Part shown: piece after piece, positions 42,485-55,022 of the stretch | How positions within the stretch are numbered: the first letter of the stretch is position 1 | Layout of the letters: the number at the start of each line of letters is the position of its first letter | Assembly (NCBI RefSeq): GCF_041886205.1 | Contig: NZ_CP169029.1 | Length of the DNA stretch: 64,000 bases | Direction: 5' to 3' (one strand) | Source: Escherichia coli | GTDB lineage: Bacteria > Pseudomonadota > Gammaproteobacteria > Enterobacterales > Enterobacteriaceae | Program-made: the position numbers and the translations under genes | The notes under the pieces: generated by a model | What the model was told of the DNA's origin: nothing | The model's database searches: none | Seen by the model: only the letters and a program-made list of their open reading frames with translations

Positions 42485-43807
42485 ATGGCACAAGTCATTA
42501 ATACCAACAGCCTCTCGCTGATCACTCAGAACAACATCAACAAAAACCAGTCTGCGCTGTCGACTTCTATCGAGCGCCTCTCTTCTGGTCTGCGCATTAA
42601 CAGCGCTAAAGATGACGCTGCGGGCCAGGCGATTGCTAACCGCTTCACTTCTAACATCAAAGGTCTGACTCAGGCCGCACGTAACGCCAACGACGGTATC
42701 TCTCTGGCGCAGACCACTGAAGGCGCACTGTCTGAAATCAACAACAACTTGCAGCGTGTTCGTGAACTGACCGTTCAGGCCACTACCGGTACTAACTCTG
42801 ATTCTGACCTGTCTTCAATCCAGGACGAAATCAAATCCCGTCTCGATGAAATTGACCGCGTATCCGGTCAGACTCAGTTCAACGGCGTGAACGTACTGGC
42901 AAAAGATAACACCATGAAGATTCAGGTTGGTGCGAACGATGGTCAGACTATATCCATCGACCTGCAAAAAATCGACTCTTCTACTCTTGGTTTGAACGGT
43001 TTCTCCGTTTCTAAAAATGCTCTCGAAACTAGCGAAGCGATCACTCAGTTGCCGAACGGTGAGAATGCCCCAATCGCTGTGAAGATGGATGCGTCTGTTC
43101 TGACCGATCTTAACATTACTGATGCTTCTGCTGTTTCGCTGCACAACGTAACTAAAGGTGGTGTCGCAACGTCTACTTATGTTGTTCAGTATGGCGATAA
43201 GAGCTATGCAGCATCTGTTGATGCGGGAGGTACAGTAAAACTGAATAAAGCCGACGTAACATATAACGACGCAGCAAATGGTGTTAAGAATGCCACCCAG
43301 ATTGGTAGTCTGGTTCAGGTTGGTGCTGATGCAAACAATGATGCAGTTGGTTTTGTTACCGTGCAGGGGAAAAACTATGTTGCTAATGACTCATTAGTCA
43401 ATGCTAATGGCGCTGCTGGCGCTGAAGCAACTAGAGTTACAATTGATGGTGATGGTACTAACCAGGCTAAAATTGAACTTAGCCAAAATGGTGATACTGC
43501 TGCAACATCAGAGTTCGCTGGTGCTTCAACCAACGATCCACTGACTCTGCTGGACAAAGCTATCGCATCTGTTGATAAATTCCGTTCTTCTTTGGGGGCG
43601 GTACAGAACCGTCTGAGCTCCGCTGTAACCAACCTGAACAACACCACCACCAACCTGTCTGAAGCGCAGTCCCGTATTCAGGACGCCGACTATGCGACCG
43701 AAGTGTCCAACATGTCGAAAGCGCAGATTATCCAGCAGGCAGGTAACTCCGTGCTGTCCAAAGCTAACCAGGTACCGCAGCAGGTTCTGTCTCTGCTGCA
43801 GGGTTAA
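42485..43807 (+). CDS. fliC: Flagellin FliC (440 aa; H-antigen allele shorter than the K-12 allele)
   Basis: MAQVINTNSLSLITQNNINKNQSALSTSIERLSSGLRINSAKDDAAGQAIANRF... conserved N and C termini (…VPQQVLSLLQG) with a divergent central domain. Confidence 0.97.
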   Translation: MAQVINTNSLSLITQNNINKNQSALSTSIERLSSGLRINSAKDDAAGQAIANRFTSNIKGLTQAARNANDGISLAQTTEGALSEINNNLQRVRELTVQATTGTNSDSDLSSIQDEIKSRLDEIDRVSGQTQFNGVNVLAKDNTMKIQVGANDGQTISIDLQKIDSSTLGLNGFSVSKNALETSEAITQLPNGENAPIAVKMDASVLTDLNITDASAVSLHNVTKGGVATSTYVVQYGDKSYAASVDAGGTVKLNKADVTYNDAANGVKNATQIGSLVQVGADANNDAVGFVTVQGKNYVANDSLVNANGAAGAEATRVTIDGDGTNQAKIELSQNGDTAATSEFAGASTNDPLTLLDKAIASVDKFRSSLGAVQNRLSSAVTNLNNTTTNLSEAQSRIQDADYATEVSNMSKAQIIQQAGNSVLSKANQVPQQVLSLLQG

Positions 43808-43850
43808 TCGTCGTAACCTGATTAACTGAGACTGACGGCAACGCCAAATT

Positions 43851-43950
<100 letters not shown>

Positions 43951-43980
43951 ACATCAAGCGCAATTTGTCAGCAACGTGCT

Positions 43981-44005
43981 CCCCCGCCACCGGCGGGGTT
44001 TTTTC
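43981..44005 (+). terminator. Rho-independent terminator downstream of fliC
   Basis: CCCCGCC-ACC-GGCGGGG stem-loop followed by TTTTTT. Confidence 0.55.
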
Positions 44006-44065
44006 TGTCCGCAATTTACCGGTAACCCCCAAATAACCCCTCATTTCACCCACTAATCGTCCGAT

Positions 44066-44101
44066 TAAAAACCCTGCAGAAACGGATAATCATGCCGATA
44101 A
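44066..44101 (+). promoter_or_regulatory. fliA promoter region with sigma-28-type -10 element GCCGATAA (44094-44101)
   Basis: Exact GCCGATAA about 25 bp upstream of the fliA GTG; -35 element and FlhDC site not confidently placed. Confidence 0.4.
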
Positions 44102-44126
44102 CTCATATAACGCAGGGCTGTTTATC

Positions 44127-44846
44127 GTGAATTCACTCTATACCGCTGAAGGTGTAATGGATAAACACTCGCTGTGGCAGCGTTATGTCCCGCTGGTGCG
44201 TCACGAAGCATTGCGCCTGCAGGTTCGACTGCCCGCGAGCGTGGAACTTGACGATCTGCTACAGGCGGGCGGCATTGGGTTACTTAATGCCGTCGAACGC
44301 TATGACGCCCTACAAGGAACGGCATTTACAACTTACGCAGTGCAGCGTATCCGTGGCGCTATGTTGGATGAACTTCGCAGCCGTGACTGGGTGCCGCGCA
44401 GCGTGCGACGCAACGCGCGTGAAGTGGCACAGGCAATAGGGCAACTGGAGCAGGAACTTGGCCGCAACGCCACGGAAACTGAGGTAGCGGAACGTTTAGG
44501 GATCGATATTGCCGATTATCGCCAAATGTTGCTCGACACCAATAACAGCCAGCTCTTCTCCTACGATGAGTGGCGCGAAGAGCACGGCGATAGCATCGAA
44601 CTGGTTACTGATGATCATCAGCGAGAAAACCCGCTACAACAACTGCTGGACAGTAATCTGCGTCAGCGGGTGATGGAAGCCATCGAAACGTTGCCGGAGC
44701 GCGAAAAACTGGTATTAACCCTCTATTACCAGGAAGAGCTGAATCTCAAAGAGATTGGCGCGGTGCTGGAGGTCGGGGAATCGCGGGTCAGTCAGTTACA
44801 CAGCCAGGCTATTAAACGGTTACGCACTAAACTGGGTAAGTTATAA
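44127..44846 (+). CDS. fliA: Flagellar sigma factor sigma-28 FliA (239 aa, GTG start)
   Basis: (M)NSLYTAEGVMDKHSLWQRYVPLVRHEALRLQVRL... full-length match. Confidence 0.97.
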   Translation: MNSLYTAEGVMDKHSLWQRYVPLVRHEALRLQVRLPASVELDDLLQAGGIGLLNAVERYDALQGTAFTTYAVQRIRGAMLDELRSRDWVPRSVRRNAREVAQAIGQLEQELGRNATETEVAERLGIDIADYRQMLLDTNNSQLFSYDEWREEHGDSIELVTDDHQRENPLQQLLDSNLRQRVMEAIETLPEREKLVLTLYYQEELNLKEIGAVLEVGESRVSQLHSQAIKRLRTKLGKL

Positions 44847-44891
44847 CGTCAGTAAATGCCGCACTTTAACTTTGACTACCAGGAGTTCTTA

Positions 44892-45443
44892 ATGATGGTG
44901 CAGCACCTGAAAAGACGGCCATTAAGCCGCTATCTTAAAGACTTTAAACACAGCCAGACCCATTGCGCGCATTGCCGTAAATTACTCGATCGCATTACCT
45001 TAGTTCGCGACGGCAAAATAGTGAATAAAATCGAGATTTCCCGCCTGGACACGCTGCTTGATGAAAATGGCTGGCAAACGGAACAAAAATCATGGGCGGC
45101 ATTGTGCCGATTTTGCGGTGATTTACATTGCAAAACGCAGAGTGATTTTTTCGATATTATCGGCTTTAAGCAATTTCTTTTTGAGCAAACTGAAATGAGC
45201 CCTGGTACGGTGCGTGAATATGTCGTTCGTCTGCGCCGTTTGGGGAATCATCTACATGAGCAAAATATTTCCCTCGATCAGCTGCAGGACGGTTTCCTTG
45301 ATGAAATCCTCGCCCCGTGGCTGCCCACCACCAGCACCAACAATTACCGCATCGCATTACGGAAGTATCAACACTATCAGCGTCAAACGTGTACCGGACT
45401 TGTGCAGAAATCCTCCAGCCTGCCTGCTTCTGATATATATTAA
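44892..45443 (+). CDS. fliZ: Regulator FliZ (183 aa)
   Basis: MMVQHLKRRPLSRYLKDFKHSQTHCAHCRKLLDRITLVRDGKIVNK... Confidence 0.93.
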   Translation: MMVQHLKRRPLSRYLKDFKHSQTHCAHCRKLLDRITLVRDGKIVNKIEISRLDTLLDENGWQTEQKSWAALCRFCGDLHCKTQSDFFDIIGFKQFLFEQTEMSPGTVREYVVRLRRLGNHLHEQNISLDQLQDGFLDEILAPWLPTTSTNNYRIALRKYQHYQRQTCTGLVQKSSSLPASDIY

Positions 45444-45530
45444 ATAAGAATAAGATGTAGCGGAGTTGTTTTTGTGTTTACAAACAATGGCTCTACACTG
45501 CAAACAGACATAACAACATTCGGGGTGAAT

Positions 45531-47422
<1,892 letters not shown>

Positions 47423-47436
47423 CTCCGGAAACGCTC

Positions 47437-48105
47437 ATGCAAGAAAGTATACAACTGGTTATTGATTCCTTGCCGTTCCTGCTGAAAGGGGCTGGGTATA
47501 CGCTGCAACTCAGTATCGGCGGCATGTTTTTTGGCTTATTACTCGGGTTTATTCTCGCGCTGATGCGCCTGTCGCCAATCTGGCCCGTGCGCTGGCTGGC
47601 GCGTTTTTATATCTCTATTTTTCGTGGTACGCCGCTCATCGCACAACTGTTTATGATCTATTACGGCCTGCCGCAGTTTGGCATCGAATTAGATCCCATT
47701 CCGTCAGCAATGATTGGTCTGTCGCTGAACACTGCCGCCTATGCCGCCGAAACACTGCGCGCCGCCATTTCTTCTATTGATAAAGGTCAGTGGGAAGCGG
47801 CAGCCAGTATTGGTATGACGCCGTGGCAGACCATGCGTCGCGCGATTTTGCCACAGGCGGCGCGTGTGGCGTTGCCGCCGCTGTCGAACAGCTTTATCAG
47901 CCTGGTAAAAGATACGTCGCTGGCCGCGACAATCCAGGTGCCGGAGCTGTTCCGTCAGGCACAGTTGATTACCTCGCGTACGCTGGAGGTGTTCACCATG
48001 TATCTGGCGGCTTCGCTCATCTACTGGATCATGGCGACTGTGTTATCGACGTTGCAGAACCATTTTGAGAATCAACTTAATCGCCAGGAGAGAGAACCAA
48101 AATGA
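47437..48105 (+). CDS. tcyL: L-cystine ABC transporter permease TcyL (222 aa)
   Basis: MQESIQLVIDSLPFLLKGAGYTLQLSIGGMFFGLLLGFILALMRL... Confidence 0.95.
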   Translation: MQESIQLVIDSLPFLLKGAGYTLQLSIGGMFFGLLLGFILALMRLSPIWPVRWLARFYISIFRGTPLIAQLFMIYYGLPQFGIELDPIPSAMIGLSLNTAAYAAETLRAAISSIDKGQWEAAASIGMTPWQTMRRAILPQAARVALPPLSNSFISLVKDTSLAATIQVPELFRQAQLITSRTLEVFTMYLAASLIYWIMATVLSTLQNHFENQLNRQEREPK

Positions 48106-48854
48106 GTGCCATTGAAGTTAAGAACCTGGTGAAAAAATTCCACGGTCAGACGGTGCTGCACGGTATCGACCTCGAGGTAAAGCCTGGCGAAGTGGTGGCA
48201 ATTATCGGTCCGAGTGGTTCCGGCAAAACCACGTTGCTACGCAGCATAAATCTGCTGGAACAACCGGAAGCGGGAACCATCACCGTTGGCGATATCACTA
48301 TTGATACTGCACGTTCATTAAGTCAGCAAAAATCGCTGATTCGCCAGTTGCGTCAGCACGTCGGGTTTGTCTTCCAGAACTTTAATTTGTTTCCGCATCG
48401 TACGGTGCTGGAGAACATTATTGAAGGGCCGGTGATCGTCAAAGGCGAACCGAAAGAAGAGGCCACGGCGCGCGCTCGCGAGCTGTTGGCGAAAGTTGGG
48501 CTGGCCGGTAAAGAAACCAGCTATCCACGTCGTTTGTCTGGCGGTCAACAGCAGCGTGTTGCGATCGCGCGTGCGCTGGCAATGCGTCCTGAGGTGATTT
48601 TGTTTGACGAGCCAACGTCGGCGCTGGATCCAGAGCTGGTGGGCGAAGTCCTGAACACCATCCGTCAGCTGGCGCAGGAAAAGCGCACGATGGTGATTGT
48701 GACGCACGAAATGAGCTTTGCCCGGGATGTTGCGGACCGGGCGATCTTTATGGACCAGGGGCGGATAGTCGAGCAGGGGGCCGCAAAAGCGTTATTTGCC
48801 GATCCTGAGCAGCCTCGCACCCGCCAGTTCCTCGAGAAGTTTCTGCTGCAATAA
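48102..48854 (+). CDS. tcyN: L-cystine ABC transporter ATP-binding protein TcyN (250 aa)
   Basis: Walker A GPSGSGKTT, signature LSGGQQQRVAIARAL. Confidence 0.95.
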   Translation: MSAIEVKNLVKKFHGQTVLHGIDLEVKPGEVVAIIGPSGSGKTTLLRSINLLEQPEAGTITVGDITIDTARSLSQQKSLIRQLRQHVGFVFQNFNLFPHRTVLENIIEGPVIVKGEPKEEATARARELLAKVGLAGKETSYPRRLSGGQQQRVAIARALAMRPEVILFDEPTSALDPELVGEVLNTIRQLAQEKRTMVIVTHEMSFARDVADRAIFMDQGRIVEQGAAKALFADPEQPRTRQFLEKFLLQ

Positions 48855-49083
48855 TAAGAAAAAATCAGCCCCGACGATTCGACAGTCGGGGCGGAACGCC
48901 ATTTCAAGCGTGATAAAACTGTTTAACAAATCAGCATAACTCATTAATAACATAAGAGAATGCGATGGCTTGCAAAAGTAATTCATTGTCTGAATAATAT
49001 AAATTATATATAAATCTTATTTATGTGATAGTTTGAATTATCATTATAAATGATACTCACTCTCAGGGGCGTTGCGGTTTACT

Positions 49084-49806
49084 ATGCAGGATACGGATTT
49101 TTTCAGCTGGCGTCGCACGATGCTGTTGCATTTTCAGAGGATGGAGGCCGCAGAAGAGGTCTACCATGAAATAGAGCTTCAGGCTCAGCTGCTGGAGTAC
49201 GATTACTATTCGTTATGTGTTCGCCACCCGGTACCATTCACGCGACCTAAAGTGGCTTTCTACACCAATTACCCTGAGGCGTGGGTTAGTTATTATCAGG
49301 CAAAAAACTTTCTCGCAATTGATCCGGTGCTGAACCCTGAAAACTTTAGTCAGGGCCATTTAATGTGGAATGATGACTTATTCAGCGAAGCACAGCCGTT
49401 ATGGGAAGCCGCGCGCGCACATGGTTTACGCCGCGGTGTCACTCAGTATTTAATGCTGCCAAACCGGGCGCTGGGCTTTTTGTCCTTTTCCCGTTGCAGC
49501 GCGCGCGAAATACCCATTCTTAGTGATGAACTGCAATTAAAAATGCAGTTACTGGTGCGCGAAAGTCTGATGGCTCTGATGCGTTTAAATGATGAAATAG
49601 TGATGACGCCAGAGATGAATTTCAGCAAGCGCGAAAAAGAAATTCTGAGGTGGACGGCGGAAGGGAAGACATCAGCAGAGATAGCGATGATTTTGTCAAT
49701 CTCTGAGAATACGGTCAATTTCCACCAGAAAAACATGCAGAAAAAAATTAATGCACCGAATAAGACCCAGGTTGCCTGTTACGCGGCCGCTACTGGTTTA
49801 ATTTGA
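49084..49806 (+). CDS. sdiA: LuxR-family AHL-responsive regulator SdiA (240 aa)
   Basis: MQDTDFFSWRRTMLLHFQRMEAAEEVYHEIELQAQLLEYDYYSLCVRHPVPFTRPK... Confidence 0.95.
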   Translation: MQDTDFFSWRRTMLLHFQRMEAAEEVYHEIELQAQLLEYDYYSLCVRHPVPFTRPKVAFYTNYPEAWVSYYQAKNFLAIDPVLNPENFSQGHLMWNDDLFSEAQPLWEAARAHGLRRGVTQYLMLPNRALGFLSFSRCSAREIPILSDELQLKMQLLVRESLMALMRLNDEIVMTPEMNFSKREKEILRWTAEGKTSAEIAMILSISENTVNFHQKNMQKKINAPNKTQVACYAAATGLI

Positions 49807-49834
49807 TCTCTTTTCTGTCCTGCGTGCCAGATGC

Positions 49835-49872
49835 AAAAAACGGCTGAAAGGCACGCTCTCAGCCGGTTTTAT
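49835..49872. terminator. Bidirectional Rho-independent terminator between convergent sdiA and yecF
   Basis: A-run, stem CGGCTGA/TCAGCCG, then T-run. Confidence 0.5.
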
Positions 49873-49873
49873 A

Positions 49874-50098
49874 TTACTGACGGTAGGCTTGTTTAATTTG
49901 CTTAACCGTTTTGGAAAATACTGCAGCCTGGGTTTCGTCTTCGATCAGCGCAAGCTGTTTTTCCATCTTTAACATCACGCGGCCCGCGTCAGCTTGTCCC
50001 ATCGCCTGCAGCATCAGCGTCAGCATCGCTTTCAGGCAGGAGACTTCATTTGCCAGTTCTTGATTATTCTCGGCAGTAGAAAAATCAGGCGTACTCAT
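49874..50098 (-). CDS. yecF: Small protein YecF (74 aa)
   Basis: [74 protein letters not shown]. Confidence 0.88.
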
Positions 50099-50556
50099 TT
50101 ATTTTCCTCGTCATGTTGCAATGAAAATTTGCGGTGAAAAATGTTAAGGCGGCGGAGTATACCATAAGCTTTGCTAAAAATAGCAGTGGTTGTTTTTTGA
50201 GCGTGCCGTCAACGGTGCTATTAAATGCGTTAATATAATGACCAATAAATATTTTTATCATGAATGTTTTTTGCCCGTATTGTTCGGGTTAATTAATGTT
50301 ACATATTCAGCGGGCTGATTTTCATTTTTGCTGAATAAAGGTAATTTTTGTCACATTTCGTCGCAGGGCTTACTGTGAAACGATCCGGTAAGCCGTTGGT
50401 GACGGGCGTGACCATAACTGTGGACAATCGAATTGACAAAAACGAGAGAAAAATCGAATACCCACCATTTTTAACGTTTCAAAGTTGCAATAAAAACCGC
50501 TAATATACGAATGACTAACTATCAGTAGCGTTATCCCTATTTCTGGAGATATTCCT

Positions 50557-51213
50557 TTGATCAACGTTCTACTTGTTGATGACCACGAACTGGTGCGCGC
50601 AGGGATACGACGCATTCTGGAAGATATAAAGGGTATAAAAGTCGTTGGAGAGGCATCGTGCGGTGAAGACGCCGTTAAGTGGTGCCGGACAAATGCCGTT
50701 GACGTGGTGCTAATGGACATGAGTATGCCGGGCATTGGCGGTCTTGAGGCGACGCGTAAAATCGCGCGTTCCACAGCTGATGTCAAAATCATCATGCTTA
50801 CCGTCCATACAGAAAACCCTTTACCAGCGAAAGTCATGCAGGCCGGTGCTGCGGGCTACCTCAGCAAAGGCGCGGCTCCGCAGGAAGTCGTGAGTGCGAT
50901 TCGTTCTGTCTATTCTGGGCAGCGTTACATTGCTTCTGACATCGCTCAACAAATGGCATTAAGCCAGATCGAACCAGAAAAAACAGAAAGCCCATTTGCC
51001 AGTTTGTCTGAACGTGAATTGCAGATTATGCTGATGATCACTAAGGGCCAGAAGGTCAATGAGATCTCAGAACAGCTCAATCTCAGTCCGAAAACGGTGA
51101 ACAGCTACCGCTATCGAATGTTCAGTAAACTAAACATTCATGGCGATGTTGAGCTGACTCACCTGGCAATTCGCCATGGTCTGTGTAATGCGGAGACATT
51201 ATCAAGTCAGTGA
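50557..51213 (+). CDS. uvrY: Response regulator UvrY (BarA partner, 218 aa, TTG start)
   Basis: (M)[41 protein letters not shown]... Confidence 0.95.
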
Positions 51214-53042
51214 GTGATCAGTTTGACGCAAAAGCGTTTTTAAAAACCGTAACCAGCCAGCCAGGCGTTTATCGCATGTACGATGCTGGTGGTACGGTTA
51301 TCTATGTCGGCAAAGCGAAAGACCTGAAAAAACGGCTTTCCAGCTATTTCCGTAGCAACCTCGCTTCGCGCAAAACCGAAGCGCTGGTCGCCCAGATCCA
51401 GCAAATTGATGTAACGGTTACTCATACAGAAACCGAAGCGCTGTTGCTGGAACACAACTACATCAAACTCTATCAGCCGCGTTACAACGTTTTGCTACGC
51501 GATGATAAATCATATCCTTTTATCTTCCTGAGTGGCGATACCCACCCGCGTCTGGCGATGCATCGTGGTGCGAAGCATGCCAAAGGTGAATATTTCGGCC
51601 CGTTCCCGAATGGCTATGCCGTACGTGAAACACTGGCGCTACTGCAAAAGATTTTCCCCATTCGCCAGTGCGAAAATAGTGTTTATCGCAATCGCTCGCG
51701 TCCGTGTCTGCAATATCAGATAGGGCGCTGTCTGGGGCCGTGCGTTGAAGGGCTGGTGAGTGAAGAAGAATACGCTCAGCAGGTCGAGTATGTGCGCCTG
51801 TTTTTGTCTGGCAAAGATGATCAGGTGCTTACGCAACTCATTAGCCGTATGGAAACTGCCAGCCAGAATCTGGAGTTTGAAGAAGCGGCACGTATTCGCG
51901 ACCAAATTCAGGCGGTGCGACGCGTCACCGAAAAACAGTTTGTGTCCAATACCGGCGACGACCTTGACGTTATTGGTGTGGCGTTCGATGCGGGCATGGC
52001 TTGTGTCCACGTATTGTTCATTCGTCAGGGCAAAGTCCTCGGCAGCCGCAGCTATTTCCCGAAAGTGCCTGGCGGTACGGAACTGAGCGAGGTGGTGGAA
52101 ACCTTCGTAGGTCAGTTCTATTTACAAGGCAGCCAGATGCGCACCTTACCGGGTGAGATCCTGCTCGATTTTAATCTTAGCGATAAAACGCTGCTCGCCG
52201 ATTCCCTTTCAGAACTGGCGGGACGCAAGATTAATGTGCAAACCAAACCTCGCGGCGATCGGGCGCGTTATCTGAAACTCGCGCGCACCAATGCGGCGAC
52301 GGCCTTAACCAGCAAACTTTCGCAGCAATCTACCGTTCACCAGCGGCTGACAGCGCTTGCCAGCGTGTTGAAATTGCCGGAAGTGAAGCGGATGGAGTGC
52401 TTTGACATCAGCCATACCATGGGGGAACAAACCGTCGCTTCCTGTGTGGTGTTTGATGCTAACGGCCCGCTGCGTGCGGAGTATCGGCGCTATAACATTA
52501 CTGGCATCACGCCGGGCGATGATTATGCGGCGATGAATCAGGTGCTGCGTCGGCGTTATGGTAAAGCCATTGACGACAGTAAGATCCCGGATGTGATCCT
52601 TATCGACGGCGGCAAAGGCCAGCTTGCGCAGGCGAAAAATGTCTTCGCCGAACTGGATGTCTCATGGGATAAAAATCATCCGCTGCTACTTGGCGTTGCC
52701 AAAGGAGCAGATCGTAAGGCTGGGCTGGAAACGCTGTTCTTTGAGCCGGAAGGTGAGGGATTCAGTTTGCCACCAGATTCTCCCGCGCTGCATGTTATCC
52801 AGCATATTCGCGATGAATCACACGATCACGCGATTGGCGGGCACCGTAAAAAACGGGCGAAGGTCAAAAATACCAGTTCCCTGGAAACTATTGAAGGCGT
52901 CGGGCCAAAACGTCGGCAAATGTTGTTGAAATATATGGGCGGTTTGCAAGGTTTACGTAACGCCAGCGTCGAGGAAATTGCAAAAGTGCCGGGTATTTCG
53001 CAAGGTCTGGCAGAAAAGATCTTCTGGTCGTTGAAACATTGA
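51210..53042 (+). CDS. uvrC: Excinuclease ABC subunit C UvrC (610 aa, GTG start overlapping uvrY stop)
   Basis: GIY-YIG motif ([25 protein letters not shown]), C-terminal HhH; full-length match. Confidence 0.97.
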
Positions 53043-53098
53043 TGTCTCTGTAGCAACATAGGGGTAATCTTACTGACAACAGATAGTTACCCGTCATT

Positions 53099-53647
53099 AT
53101 GCAATTTAATATCCCTACGTTGCTTACACTGTTCCGTGTCATCCTTATCCCATTCTTTGTATTGGTCTTTTATCTGCCTGTCACCTGGTCGCCGTTTGCC
53201 GCCGCGCTCATTTTCTGCGTCGCGGCGGTGACTGACTGGTTCGATGGTTTTCTGGCACGCCGCTGGAACCAGAGTACCCGGTTTGGTGCTTTCCTTGACC
53301 CTGTCGCAGATAAAGTTCTCGTGGCTATCGCCATGGTGCTGGTAACCGAGCATTACCACAGCTGGTGGGTGACCTTACCGGCAGCAACGATGATCGCCCG
53401 TGAAATTATTATTTCTGCGCTACGCGAATGGATGGCGGAGTTGGGTAAACGCAGTAGCGTGGCTGTCTCCTGGATTGGGAAAGTGAAAACCACTGCCCAG
53501 ATGGTGGCGTTAGCCTGGCTGCTGTGGCGTCCGAACATTTGGGTTGAGTACGCCGGTATTGCACTTTTCTTTGTGGCTGCGGTACTGACTCTGTGGTCAA
53601 TGTTGCAATATTTGAGCGCTGCGCGTGCAGATTTGCTTGATCAGTGA
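53099..53647 (+). CDS. pgsA: CDP-diacylglycerol-glycerol-3-phosphate 3-phosphatidyltransferase PgsA (182 aa)
   Basis: [33 protein letters not shown]... Confidence 0.95.
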
Positions 53648-53798
53648 TCGTTTCGGCGCAATTTTCAGCAAACGATCAAAAGTGGTGAAAAATATCGTTG
53701 ACTCATCGCGCCAGGTAAGTAGAATGCAACGCATCGAACGGCGGCACTGATTGCCAGACGATAATAAAATCAAGTGATTAACTGATTGCTTGATGAAT

Positions 53799-53874
<76 letters not shown>

Positions 53875-53927
53875 GTTTAAAAGACATCGGCGTAAGCGGA
53901 TGTCTGGCTGAAAGGCCTGAAGAATTT

Positions 53928-54001
53928 GGCGCGTTAACAAAGCGGTTATGTAGCGGATTGCAAATCCGTCTAGTCCGGTTCGACTCCGGAACGCGCCTCC
54001 A
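53928..54001 (+). tRNA. cysT: tRNA-Cys
   Basis: GGCGCGTTAACAAAGCGGTTATGTAGCGGATTGCAAATCCGTCTAGTCCGGTTCGACTCCGGAACGCGCCTCCA. Confidence 0.95.
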
Positions 54002-54013
54002 CTTTCTTCCCGA

Positions 54014-54100
54014 GCCCGGATGGTGGAATCGGTAGACACAAGGGATTTAAAATCCCTCGGCGTTCGCGCTGTGCGGGTTCAAGTCCCGCTCCGGGTACCA
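54014..54100 (+). tRNA. leuZ: tRNA-Leu
   Basis: GCCCGGATGGTGGAATCGGTAGACACAAGGGATTTAAAATCCCTCGGCGTTCGCGCTGTGCGGGTTCAAGTCCCGCTCCGGGTACCA. Confidence 0.95.
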
Positions 54101-54142
54101 TGGGAAAGATAAGAATAAAATCAAAGCAATAAGCAGTGTCGT

Positions 54143-54168
54143 GAAACCACCTTCGGGTGGTTTTTTTG
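54143..54168 (+). terminator. Rho-independent terminator after the glyW-cysT-leuZ tRNA operon
   Basis: AACCACC-TTCG-GGTGGTT stem-loop followed by TTTTTT. Confidence 0.6.
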
Positions 54169-54295
54169 TGCCTGCAACTTGTCGTTACACCCTCCTTAAT
54201 TTTTAATCACCGGCAAAGCCACTCAAAAAGTATCTCTGATACGGACCGGCATGTAAGATAGGTGCTGGCGAGTTGAGATCCACAAGGAAAAGCGT

Positions 54296-54961
54296 ATGAA
54301 AACGGGACCGTTAAACGAAAGTGAGTTGGAATGGCTGGACGATATTCTGACCAAATACAACACTGACCACGCCATCCTTGATGTGGCGGAGCTGGACGGT
54401 TTATTGACGGCGGTGTTGAGTTCTCCGCAAGAGATTGAACCGGAACAGTGGCTGGTTGCCGTGTGGGGTGGGGCTGACTATGTGCCGCGCTGGGCGTCAG
54501 AGAAAGAGATGACGCGCTTTATGAACCTGGCCTTTCAACATATGGCCGATACCGCAGAGCGTCTGAACGAATTCCCGGAGCAGTTTGAGCCGTTATTCGG
54601 CTTGCGAGAAGTCGATGGCAGCGAGCTGACGATTGTTGAGGAGTGGTGCTTTGGCTATATGCGGGGCGTGGCACTTTCTGACTGGTCAACGTTGCCCGAT
54701 TCGTTAAAACCAGCGCTGGAGGCGATTGCGCTGCACGGTACTGAGGAAAACTTCGAGCGGGTAGAGAAGATGTCGCCAGAAGCGTTTGAAGAGAGCGTAG
54801 ATGCCATTCGACTGGCGGCGCTTGATCTACATGCGTACTGGATGGCGCATCCGCAGGAAAAAGCTGTTCAGCAACCGATCAAAGCAGAAGAGAAACCGGG
54901 GCGTAACGATCCTTGCCCGTGCGGTAGTGGTAAGAAATTTAAGCAGTGCTGCCTGCATTAA
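54296..54961 (+). CDS. yecA: UPF0149/SEC-C-motif protein YecA (221 aa)
   Basis: [40 protein letters not shown]..., C-terminal [13 protein letters not shown] metal-binding motif. Confidence 0.92.
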   Translation: MKTGPLNESELEWLDDILTKYNTDHAILDVAELDGLLTAVLSSPQEIEPEQWLVAVWGGADYVPRWASEKEMTRFMNLAFQHMADTAERLNEFPEQFEPLFGLREVDGSELTIVEEWCFGYMRGVALSDWSTLPDSLKPALEAIALHGTEENFERVEKMSPEAFEESVDAIRLAALDLHAYWMAHPQEKAVQQPIKAEEKPGRNDPCPCGSGKKFKQCCLH

Positions 54962-55022
54962 GAGGTCAAATTGGGTGTCAGCGTTAATTCTGGCACCCAA
55001 TAAGGAATTTGAGGCTATCTGA

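Noticed and set aside
50370-50837. 155-aa minus-strand ORF spanning the uvrY promoter and 5' end
   Set aside because: Overlaps the verified uvrY start and its upstream AT-rich regulatory DNA; no support as a gene.
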